Assembly: GCF_004010195.1 (NCBI RefSeq)
Contig: NC_057754.1
Location: 2,440,994-2,476,463, forward strand
Length of the DNA stretch: 35,470 nt
Source: Chiloscyllium plagiosum
Taxonomy: Eukaryota
Direction of reading: 5' to 3'
Within the stretch, counting starts at the first letter, position 1, and the number at the start of each line of letters is the position of its first letter. Both the position numbers and the translations under genes were made by a program. The notes under the pieces are model-generated. The model searched no databases and had not been told where the DNA came from. It worked only from the letters and a program-made list of their open reading frames with translations. Shown in pieces: positions 10,592-20,655 of the stretch.

Positions 10592-11701
10592 TGGCCAATG
10601 ATTAACCCTTAACCATACACTCACTAACACAATGCTGCTTGTGGGGCCTTGCTGTGTGTGAAAGATCTGCTGCATTTCGCACATTGCAGAGGTGACCACA
10701 CTTCAGAAGCACAGCATTGGCTGCATTGCTGTTTGGCCTTCCTGAGGTTATTAAAGACCTGATAGAAAGCCCTCTTTATCTTTGTTGGTCTTTGAGCAGG
10801 TTCATGCAAGCACCAATGATGCCAAACGTCAATAGCTGATCTGTGTGTTCAGTCTGAAATCTCCAGCCTTATCATGGCATTGGAAACCACATTCATCCAC
10901 AGAACAAAACTACGTGTTGAGAAAGGTTTGCATGTCTCCAATAGCATTAGTACTTTAGATGGTCCAGCTTTACAACAATGTTGACTGCACTTTAAATATT
11001 GCAAGACAAGTCCATTGAAAGACATGATGGGGGCTATCCAAATGCAAGCCTGCCTTTGCAACTTCTTAGTAATCCTGTGGGTTATCCACCAGACATTCAG
11101 TGTTTCTTCTGCTGCACCGGTGGCTTAACCCAGTGACCCCAAAAATCAGGGAAGCTATCAGGGTCAGTCCTTGGTTAGTGTTGGTCACTAGTCCTACAGC
11201 CGGGAGGAGAAAATGATTTGGATTTCCTGCACACGTCATGATCTAAAAGGTTTGCTTGGAATTGAAAATGTGGTAATTGGGGTTGTCTGTAATGACTCTT
11301 GCAATGGAACAGCCTGCTAACAATCAGCGTCAGAATTCGGATATTATCATTAAATTAGTAAGGATTGTGTGAGTGTTCCAAGAACTTCGCAGTTGTTGGA
11401 TTTTCGCACGTCTCTGCACAATGTAAGTGCGTTAATTATCAAATTAAGTTGAGTGATGGCAGGTGCTAATCTTACCAATGCAATGTGGAGTGCAGTCGTA
11501 ATGGAGTCAGGTGATACCAAACTAGGTTTCTTCAATCCTGATGTTTCTTATCAGGAAACTTGACCCAAAGATACTGCAGACCAATTTCAGTTCCATTGCT
11601 GGCAGTAGATGGGACAGCCACTGGGCTAGTAATCCAGAGGCCCAGGCTAGTACTGTCAGGACATGGTGGTGGCATTTAAATTCAGTCAATAAATCTGGAA
11701 G

Positions 11702-11795
11702 CCTTTGTCCGGAGGCTCACTGATGATGTTACCGAGTATGGTGGCGAAACGTCTGAAAAGGAACCTTCCAGCTCAGCGAGAAAATCTACATCCAT
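11702..11795 (+). mobile_element. 94-bp Penelope-like terminal fragment with 10-bp flanking duplication
   Basis: AATCTGGAAG occurs at 11692-11701 and 11796-11805. The insert is absent from the 22.2-kb copy of the host SINE. Confidence 0.8.
11717..11756 (+). ncRNA. Minimal type I hammerhead ribozyme motif
   Basis: UCA-CUGAUGA-U-GUUACC-GAGUAU-GGUGGC-GAAA-CG-UC-UGA: intact core, 6-bp stem II (two G-U pairs), 3-bp stem I UCA/UGA, predicted cut after GUC at 11753. Confidence 0.75.
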
Positions 11796-12024
11796 AATCT
11801 GGAAGTGTAAAGCTAGTCTCAATGGATGGAGCCATTGATTGTCATAGAAACCTATCAGTCCTTTAGGGAAGGAAATCTGCTATCCTTACCTGGTCTGGCT
11901 ACTCCAGAACCACTACCCCCCCGAATTAGCCCTTGTGATACACTCCATTCAAGGGGCAATGAGGGGTGGGAAACCTTGTCAGTGTCACCCCTTGATTTGA
12001 GTCAAGATTCTCATTAGTGAACAG

Positions 12025-12370
12025 CATAGAGTCATAGATGTGTACAGCAAGGAAACAGCTTTTGGTCCAACTCGTCCATGCCGACCAGGTATCCTAAATT
12101 AATCTAGTCCCATTTGCCAGCATTTGGCCCATATCCCTCCAAACCCTTCCTATTTATATACCCATGCAGATGCCTTTTAAATGTTGTCATTGTACCAGCC
12201 TCCACCATTTCCTCTGACAGCTCATTCCATACACGCACCACCGTCTGCTTGAAAAAGTTGCCCTTCAGGTCCCTTTTAAACCATTCCGCACTCACCCTAA
12301 ACCTATGCCCTTTTGTTCTGGACTCACCCACCCTGGCCAAAAGACCTTGTCTATTTAATCTATCCATGAC
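12025..12370 (-). mobile_element. CR1-clade LINE 3' fragment
   Basis: DRLNRQGLLARVGESRTKGHRFRV...GNFFKQTVVRVWNEL and CTATGACTCTATG tail. Confidence 0.93.
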
Positions 12371-12952
12371 CCATTGCCATCCTACTGCGAGGGCATTTTG
12401 CCCACAGGGATAGGTACCCAGCTCACAGACTGGACCAGGGAACGTCACACTGCTCTCAAACTCCCTCAGTTTGTGCCTACTTAAGTGCTCACAGCATCCC
12501 TGCCGTACCTCACCCTTTGACGGTTAGCTCCTTCAGCCACACCTTAAAGCCCCACAGGAAACTTGCTGTTTCGCACAGACAGAAAGGCTAGCAGCAGTGA
12601 TCGGTCAATGGAATGGGCATGTTGTATGGCACTGTGCTGGGTCAGTGTTAACCCTTCCCACGTCTACCAAGCACACTGCACATGCTTTAAGCTAACGGCC
12701 GTGCCTCAGTGTTGAGAAGGGGAGTTACCCTCAGCCAGCTCCAGTGAGGCATCTTCACGAGGGGAAGATTTACATTTCAGAGTTCACCAATAGTAAGAGG
12801 CTGAACCTGAAACTCACAGCTTGCGGAGTAACCAAGGTTATGAGCAATATCAAATGCACAGTGAAGGTGAAAATGGCTGTGACCACACCAGGAGTTAGTG
12901 GGTCTGTGAAGGAGGGACCTTCAATCTTGAGTGATGTGAGGCCCTTTTGAAC

Positions 12953-13058
12953 TTAGAATCCCTACAGTATAGAAGCAGACCATTCAGCCCAACGAGTCCA
13001 TACCAACCCTCCAAACAGCATCCCTTCCAGACCCTATCCCATCCCTGTAACCCTGTAA
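12953..13058 (-). mobile_element. HE1-type SINE 3' tail fragment
   Basis: TAGAATCCCTACAGTATAGAAGCAGACCATTCAGCCC matches the tails at 16360 and 33837. Confidence 0.8.
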
Positions 13059-13085
13059 CTGTTAAAGACAACAGCATTACAACAG

Positions 13086-13182
13086 AGCTGAAAATGTGTT
13101 GCTGGAAAAGCGCAGCAGGTCAGGCACATTCCAGGGAGCAGGAAAATCGACGTTTCGGGCATGAGCCCTTCTTCAGGAATGG
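13086..13182 (-). mobile_element. 97-bp single-arm Penelope-derived element with hammerhead motif and 14-bp flanking duplication
   Basis: Near-identical to 9399-9490. CAGCATTACAACAG (13072-13085) versus CAACATTACAACAG (13183-13196). Confidence 0.88.
13145..13180 (-). ncRNA. Minimal hammerhead ribozyme motif (PLE type)
   Basis: AUUC-CUGAAGA-A-GGGC-UCAU-GCCC-GAAA-CG-UC-GAUU; predicted cut after GUC (13149/13148). Confidence 0.65.
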
Positions 13183-13344
13183 CAACATTACAACAGTACA
13201 GCTTCAACACATCCAACATGTTCTATAAACCGTAGGCATTAACCTATTGTCTGGGAGAGCAACTCCTTGCCTCAGAAACTCTGAACATATCAGTAACGTA
13301 AGGCATTGATCCCGCTGTGCCGAGTTTGGACAGTTTGAAATCCA

Positions 13345-13516
13345 GGGAGAAGGAATAGGCTGGGGCTGTTTTCCCTGGAGCATCGGAGGCTGAGGGGTAA
13401 CATTACACTGGTTTATAAAATCATCAGGGACATGGATAGGGTGAAGAGGGCATAGGTTTAAGGTGGGAGAGGGAAGATTTAAAAGGGACCCAAGGGGCAA
13501 ATCTTTCACACAGAGG
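13345..13516 (+). mobile_element. CR1 fragment
   Basis: GGCTGGGGCTGTTTTCCCTGGAGCATCGGAGGCTGAGGGG...TTTCACACAGAGGG aligns to 18705-18907. Confidence 0.88.
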
Positions 13517-13592
13517 GAAAAGTGGGAATCCCGAACAAAGCTGGCAGAGTCTGGTGTCTTTCCTGCCTCTGGCAGTCCTTGATGAAAAGGCA

Positions 13593-13940
13593 GGAAAACA
13601 GCCCCAGCCTGTTCAGCCTCTCCCTATAGTTCAAACCCTCCAACCCTGGGAACATCCTTGTAAATCTTTTCTGAACCCTTTCAAGTTTCACAACATCTTT
13701 TCAATAGGAGGGAGATCAGAATTGAACGCAGTATTCCAAAAGTGGTCTAACTAATGTACAGCCGCAACATGACCTCCCAACCCCTATACTGAATGCAATG
13801 ACCAACAAAGGCAAGCATACCAAGTGCCTTCTTTACTATCCTGTCTACCTGAGACTCCACTTCCAAGCAGCAATGAACCTGCATTCCAAGGTCTCTTTGT
13901 TCAGCAACACTCCCCAGGACATTGCCATTAAGTGTATAAG
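13593..13940 (-). mobile_element. CR1 ORF2 fragment
   Basis: YTLNGNVLGSVAEQRDLGMQVH and KLERVQKRFTRMFPGLEGLNYRERLNRLGLFS. Confidence 0.92.
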
Positions 13941-15026
13941 TCATGACCTTATTGAGTGGCAGAGGGAAGTTCAAGGGACATAATGGCCTATTCCTGCTCT
14001 TGATTGATGTTTTTTCTAACTGAGGAGAACAGTTCCTAATTCTATTCCCACTAATCCGATAGTTCAACTCAGTGAACCACCCTGACCGACTCCCAGTGAG
14101 CCAGTACAATTCCAAAGCAGTGCAGTGTTTGTGCTATTCACCTTCAGATACACCCAGTTCATTTCATCCAGGATCCAGTTTGTAGAAAGGAGGTTTTCAA
14201 GTCTTCAGTTTAGCCTGTATTTGCAGGGAGCTGGCCAATGTAGCATATTCCCCATGTCCCTGGTACAGAGCTACAAGGAAGGTGAGTGGATGGAAGACTG
14301 CTGTAAAATCATTTCTTCTCAGGGTGTGCAGTTACCCACACAATAAATATGGCAGCTCAGCCTCAGATGTGTTTGACCCTCCTAGAGTGTGAAAAATGTT
14401 GCCACCGGCACATTAATATCTCTTTGAAAAATGGAAAAGAGGAGAGAAGCCATTGCCGTTCGATTAACCTACTCTGCCCATTCCCAATTGTCAACACACC
14501 CTACATTCATTAACATTTAGCTTGTGTTTTTGATGGATTAGGTGCCAAGTCCAAGAGCCTGCTTTAAGAAACAGCATCATTGAAGGATGAAGCCCTTATT
14601 ACAAGAGGAACGCTGGAACTGAAGACGCTGCAAGAAATATATTCCTCACGGCTCCCGTTCTAATTCATTTCTGCCGAGACTTGATCTACAAGCTGGAAAT
14701 TTGATGTGGCATGAAAATTATATGCGACAAAGCAATAAATTCTGGATTATATAGAACATCCATAATTGAAGTCAGTATAATGGTCACAGAAAATCATCAA
14801 ATGTGCTAACTTTATACATTGTATTTACTTTGCTAATGATTTTCTCCCCCCCAGTATGTCTGCTAATAGAGAATGTTTCAATTCTATATGTAACTTTCTG
14901 CTGTCTTTCCAATATCTGAATGTGACTTTCCCAGTTCTCAGTTCTTGCCAGTAATGTCCCATTGATAACATAACTCCCTCCTACTGTCAGTTCCCCTCTT
15001 GGTAACTTCCACCCACTTTCATCTTC

Positions 15027-15450
15027 GAAATACAGAAACTAGGTGCAGGAATAGGCTATTTGGCCCTTCGGGCCTGCCCCACTATTCAATACCATCATGG
15101 CTGATCATGCAATCTGAGCAACCCACTCCCGCTTTCTCCCTATACCCTTTGATCCCTTCAGCTGCAAGGGCCACGTCCAGCTCCCTCTTGAATGTATCTA
15201 ATGAACTGGCTCCCACAGCTTCCCCACAAGGTTCACAACTCTCTGAGTGAAGAAATTCTTCCTCTTCTCAGACCTGAATGGCTTACCCTTTATTCTTAGA
15301 CTGCGACCCCTAGTTCTGGACTTCTCCAACATTGGGATCATTGTTCCCACATCAAGCTTGTCCAGTCCCATCAGGATTTTATTTGTTTCTATGACATTCC
15401 CCCTCATTCTTCTAGATTCCAGCGAGTACAAGCCCAGTCAATCCAGTCTC
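15027..15450 (-). mobile_element. CR1-clade LINE 3' fragment
   Basis: YSLESRRMRGNVIETNKILMGLDK...KNFFTQRVVNL plus 3' UTR. Confidence 0.9.
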
Positions 15451-16359
15451 ATGTATCTTCCTCCCTGTGTAGCTCCTGCCCACTATCCTATCACCAATCA
15501 ATTATTCTCTCTGTAGCTCTCCTCTCTGTATCCATTCTTCTCTGTGTCAGCCTGTGTTGACTGCCAGGCCAACTTGAGAAAGGATGGTTTGGACTGAAGC
15601 CTTGTCACCGATTGTAATGACTACCATCTGGTAGTTAATGGTGGGCACAGACTGCAGTTGAGGGTGCAGGAAGGGAGATGGAAGCCAGTAGGTAAGCCTC
15701 AAATGCAACCTTAGCAATGCTAATAATATAATTTACCTCCCCATCCCCCCACATAATTTAGCATCTCTCTCCCCTAAAGCAGACAGATAACTGACACTTC
15801 CACCAATGTTTCTTCAATTAGATCAGTTTATGCTTTGATGGGTTATCTTTATAGTCTAAATGCACCTATGGCTATGCATTGATGGATGTTTGAGTCTGAT
15901 ATCATTGTAGTTGATTCTGTGGTGATCAAATAATTCTCATGAAACTAAAGTTTAGATGTTTTTCTTTGAAGGAATGTGTTGATATTCAGTCATACCTTAT
16001 GGGCACAGTGGGTGGGGGAGTGTAAACTGAGGCATGGTGGTGCTGGTTGTAAACTTCACCATGAGGACAGGTTCAGGATTTTATAACGCTTCCTGGGGAG
16101 AGGTGTTTTGCCAGATATTTCCAGTCCTGTTCCAGAATGTGATTCTTGGCTCAAAGCTAAGTGTCCATTGGTTTTGCATTTCCAATCTCCTTCCCATTTT
16201 CACACTGACCCTTCTGTACTTGGTCTCCAGTGTAGACTTGCTGAACAATGCTTCAGCTTTGATAAGAGGCATCTACGGCAGGGAAGAAGGCCATTTGGCC
16301 ATTAAGTGTATGCTGGCTCTCAGTCAGGCAATCCAATTTCTCCTGCAGTCCCGCAAATT

Positions 16360-17186
16360 CATAGAATCCCTCCAGTGTGGAAGCAGGCCATTCAGCCCAT
16401 CGAGTCCACCCCTCCATAGAGCATTCCACCCAGACCCACCCCCCTACCATAAGGCTATAAGACCATTTGGCCCATCAGGTTTGCTCTGCCATTCAATCAT
16501 GACTAATAAGTGTCTCAACCCTATTTTCTCACCTTCTCCCCATAACCTTTGATCCTCATAACAATCAGGAACCTGTCTTAAATATACTCAATGACCTGGA
16601 CTCCCCACCTCTTCAATACTACCTGTACCTCCACCTTTCTTTGTATAATCTGCAAACTTAGCCAGAATGCCCCCAGTTCCTTCATCCACATCATTATAAA
16701 GTAAAACGTTGTGGTCCCAACACTGAGCCTTACGGACCATCACTTGTCACCGGCTGCCACCCTGAGAAGGATCCTTTTATCCCCACTCTCTGCTTTCTGC
16801 CAGACAGCCAAGCTTCTATCCATTCTAACATCTTGCCTCTAACACCATGGGCCCTTATCTTACTCAGCAGCCTCCTGTGTGGCACCTTGTCAAAGGTCTT
16901 CTGAAAGTCCAAGTAGATAACATCCATTGGCTCTCCTTTGTCTAACCCTATACCAGTAACTCTGCATTTCCCATGGCTGACCCACCTAGCCTGCACATCC
17001 CTGGACACTATGGCCAATCCACCCTAACCTGCACTACTTCGGACTGTGGGATGAAACCAGAGCACCCGGTGGAAACCCACGCAGACATTGGAGAATGTGC
17101 AAACTCCACACAGACAGCTGCCTGAGGCTGGAAGCAAAACCGGATCCCTGGTGCTGGGAGGCAGCAGTGCTAACCACTGAGCTGCT
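16360..17186 (-). mobile_element. HE1-type V-SINE interrupted by CR1 (16360-16448 and 16946-17186)
   Basis: Tail, V-domain and A box (CTCAGTGGTTAGCACTGC on the minus strand) become collinear once 16449-16945 is removed. Confidence 0.85.
16449..16945 (-). mobile_element. CR1 RT fragment with internal deletions
   Basis: DVIYLDFQKTFDKVPHRRLL...WLSGRKQRV RT motif followed by 3' UTR remnants. Confidence 0.9.
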
Positions 17187-17419
17187 CATTCCACATAAAG
17201 TGTGGTGTCTGCTGCTTTAATGAATTCTTCCTGCCCTAACCCCAGATCTTCCCATTCATAGCTATTCTCAACAATCTTATTATCCTTTCTTGTTGCACTT
17301 GGGGACTTTGAGCTTTTAAACAGCCCCTTTCTTGCCTTGATACGGGCTTTGTGACACCACCCTGCATTTCCAGCATCCACATTATTTTGCTCTGATTTTA
17401 TCATCATGGACTCTTTCAA

Positions 17420-19118
17420 AAACTGATTGGAGGCAGATGTTCACAGGTAAAGGGACGGCTGGAAAATGGGAAGCCTTCAGAAATGAGATAACGAGAATCC
17501 AGAGAGAGTATATTCCTGTCAGGGTGAAAGGCAAGGCTGGTAGGTATAGGCAATGCTGGTTGACTAAAGAAATTGAGGGTTTGGTTAAGAAAAAGAAGGA
17601 AGCATATGTCAGGTATAGATCGAGTGAATCCTTAGAAGAGTATAAAGGAAGTAGGAGTATACTTAAGTGGGAAATCAGGAGGGCAAAAAGGAGACATGAG
17701 ATAGCTTTGGCAAATAAAATTAAGGAGAATCCAAAAGGTTTTTACAAATACATTAAGGACAAAAGGGTAACTAGGGAGAGAATAGGGCCCCTCAAAAATC
17801 AGCAAGGTGGCCTTTGTGTGGAGCCGCAGAAAATGGGGGAGATACTAAACGAGTATTTTGCATCAGTACTGTGGAAAAGGATATGGAAGATATAGACTGT
17901 AGGGAAATAGATGGTGACATCTCGCAAAATATCCATATTACAGAGGAGGAAGTGCTGGGTGTCTTGAAATGCATAAATGTGGATAAATCCCCAGGACCTG
18001 ATCAGGTGTACCCGAGAACTCTGTGGGAAGGTAGAGAAGTGATTGCTGGGCCTCTTGCTGAGATATTTGTATCATCGATAGTCACAGGTGAGGTGCCGGA
18101 AGACTGGAGGTGCCACTGTTTAAGAAGGGCGGTAAAGACAAGCCAGCGAACTATAGACCAGTGAGCCTGACGTTGGTTGTGGGCAAGTTGTTGGAGGGAA
18201 TCCTGAGGGACAGGATGTACATGTGTTTGGAAAGGCAAGGACTGATTAGGGATATGCAACAAGACTTTGTGCATGGGAATCATGTCTCACAAACTTGATT
18301 GAGTTTTTTGAGGATGTAACAAAGAGGATTGATGAGGGCAGAGCGGTAGATGTGATCTATATGGACTTCAGTAAAGCGTTCGACAATGTTCCCCATGGGA
18401 CACTGGTTAACAAGGTTAGATCTCACAGAATACAGGGAGAACTAGCCATTTGGATACAGAACTGGCTCAAAGGTCGAAGACAGAGGGTGGTGTGGAAAGT
18501 TCTTTTTCAGACTGGAGGCCTGTGACCAGTGGAGTGCCACAAGGATCGGTGCTGGGTCCTCTACTTTCTGTCATTTACATAAATGATTTAGATGCAAGCA
18601 TAAGAGGTACAGTTAATAAGATGTTGTGAAACTTGAAAGGGTTCAGAAAAGATTTACAAGGATATTGCCAGGGTTGGAGGATTTGAGCTATAGAGAGAGG
18701 CTGAACAGGCTGGAGCTGTTTTCCCTGGAGCGTCGGAGGCTGAGGAGTGACTTTACAGAGGTTTACAAAATTATGAGGGGCATGGATAGGATAAATAGAC
18801 AAAGTCTTTTCCCTGGGGTCGGGGAGCCCAGAACTAGAGGGCATAGGTTTAGGGTGAGAGGGGAAAGATATAAAAGAGACCTAACGGGCAACTTTTTCAC
18901 ACAGAGAGTAATACGTGTATGGAATGAGCTGCCAGAGGAAGTGGTGGAGGCTGGTACAATTGCAACATTTGAAAGGCATTTGGATGGGTATATGAATAGG
19001 AAGGGTTTGGAGGGATATTGGCAGGTGGGAGTAGATTGGGTTGGGATATCTGGTTGGCATGGACGGGTTGGACCGAAGGGTCTGTTTCCATGCTGTACAT
19101 CTCTATGACTCTATGACT
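17420..19118 (+). mobile_element. 5'-truncated, frameshifted CR1/HER1-type LINE (ORF2 RT region and 3' UTR)
   Basis: [81 protein letters not shown] tail repeats; internal deletion at 18620/18621. Confidence 0.97.
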
Positions 19119-19789
19119 CATAACTGGGTCATGCCTGGGCTAAGTCTGCCCAAACTCGTGCCACAGCCAATTTGTTCACACTAGTTAAGACTGGATTTAA
19201 GCTTGATCCGAACAGGGGGAAGGGACCGTGTAACCAGCCATGCGGGGAAAGGTTGATGTGCTAGTCAGTCATCAGGTCCCAGATCCTCAACACTTTACAG
19301 TTAAGGTATTCGCAAAGAACGAGGCAATCAAACTGTGACAGTGTGGAAGAGGTGGCTGCAGGTAATTTGCAGGGTATATTTAGCCTCAGTTGGGAGCTAA
19401 TTACTGGCACAAAGCCGCTTCTGGGCTCTGGTAATAACTGTTAAAGGTTTACAGCTTTCACACTGCAGAGTCTGATTACACTGTTTAATCTTCACTTCCA
19501 TACTTTAGCTAATGGAGCTGTTTAACTCCCATTGTGAATATTTTCAACAAAAGAGGAAACAGTTGTTTTGATTGAAATTCTTCTGAACGCAATTTTGTTT
19601 TTATCTCTACTCATCAATCAGAAGAATAACAGGGGAAGCAGTCAGGTGAAATATTTTTACTCCTTCCCCGGTGTTTGACACCAGAGCAATGCTTTTGAAG
19701 GTGATTTAAACAGGGCATCCTGGAGAAACTCACCAGCATCAGAGGAAAGACAAAAACTGAATTGACTCTTCATCACTGGAACGCAGACG

Positions 19790-20147
19790 GGGTTGAAGGG
19801 CAACCTGATAGAAATGTGTTAGATTGTGAATGGCATGGATAGTGTGGAAAGTGTGAGGCGATTTCCCAGGGTGGAGGGGTCACTTACTAGGGGACACAGG
19901 TTCAAGGTGTGAGAGAGGAAGTTTAAAAAAGATGTGGGGGGCAAAGGGTGGTGAGTGCCTGGAAAGCATTGCCAGGGGAGGTGGCAGAAGCAGACACAAT
20001 AGCAGCATTCAAGAAACACATGAACAGGAAGTGAATAGAGGGATATGGATCCTGTAGGGGAAGGCAGTTTTAGTATGGAAGGGCAAAATGGGTCAGCACA
20101 GGCTTGGAGGGCCGAAGGGCCTGTTCCTGTGCTGTATTGTTCTTTAT
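19790..20147 (+). mobile_element. CR1 3' fragment lying between two arms of a decayed Penelope-derived palindrome (about 19720-19775 and 20155-20258)
   Basis: ACTAGGGGACACAGGTTCAAGGTG and GGGCCGAAGGGCCTGTTCCTGTGCTGTA; flanks CTGGAGAAACTCA and ACGTTAACTCTG...TGCTGAGTTTCTC. Confidence 0.8.
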
Positions 20148-20459
20148 TCACAGCAGACTCAAGACGTTAACTCTGTAGATGCAGCCAGCCATGCTGAGTT
20201 TCTCTGTGCCTCCTATTCTGATTTCAGACCTCCAGAATCTGCAATTCTTTGCTTTGTTTTTCAAGGTAATCAACAGTCACACCCACACGCAGTAACAACG
20301 GGCTGCTATAAAGCCAGATCCTTTCACACTCCACTCCACAGGAGGGTTACTCAGTCATAAACTGGCACTGAGCCACACAAGGAGAGATTAGGAGATGGCA
20401 CCAAAAGCTTAGTTAGGTAGACTTTGATTTGATTTGAAAGGTTGCCAAATTCCAAGATG

Positions 20460-20655
20460 CAAGATGCCCTGCTATAACTCACCAAGACTCCATTGACACC
20501 ATCCAAATCCACGACCTCTATCACCCAGAAGGAAAAACACGGTAGATAAATGGGAATACCACCACCATCTACAAGATGCCTTCCAGCCACTCACTTGGAA
20601 ATGTATTGCCATTCCTTTAGTATCTTTGATCAAAATCCTAGAACTGTCTCCCTTA
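20460..20655 (+). mobile_element. Decayed 3' fragment of the second LINE family (as 32630-34300)
   Basis: CCAGCCACTCACTTGGAAATGTATTGCCATTCCTTTAGT...TCAAAATCCTAGAA aligns to 33820-34150. Confidence 0.7.

Larger units (their letters stand above)
9072..10782 (+). mobile_element. Fragmented Deu-domain SINE (about 9072-9160, 10281-10422, 10592-10782) hosting nested insertions
   Basis: GAAAGAAGAGCAGAGCTTTCTCCCCAGTGAACTGGCCA and TGCTTGTGGGGCCTTGCTGTGTGTG...CACTTCAGAAGCAC...CCTGAGGTTATTAAAGAC match the recalled DeuSINE body and tail. The head assignment is weaker. Confidence 0.6.
11601..11990 (+). mobile_element. tRNA-derived SINE (same family as 22214-22562), interrupted at 11702-11795
   Basis: Shares CACTGGGCTAGTAATCCAGAG, TTTAAATTCA and GGGAAGGAAATCTGC..TCCTTACCTGGTCTGGC with the 22.2-kb copy. 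Confidence 0.8.

Noticed and set aside
15551..15691. Exon between TGTCAG| and TAG|GTAAGC
   Set aside because: Stops occur in all three frames. It could only be a non-coding exon, and there is no support for that.
16034..16552. 172-aa hydrophobic ORF
   Set aside because: It runs through SINE and CR1 tails in antisense and shows no family resemblance.
17437..19108. Active reverse transcriptase gene
   Set aside because: It is split over several frames, 5'-truncated, lacks the endonuclease, and the FADD motif is deleted.
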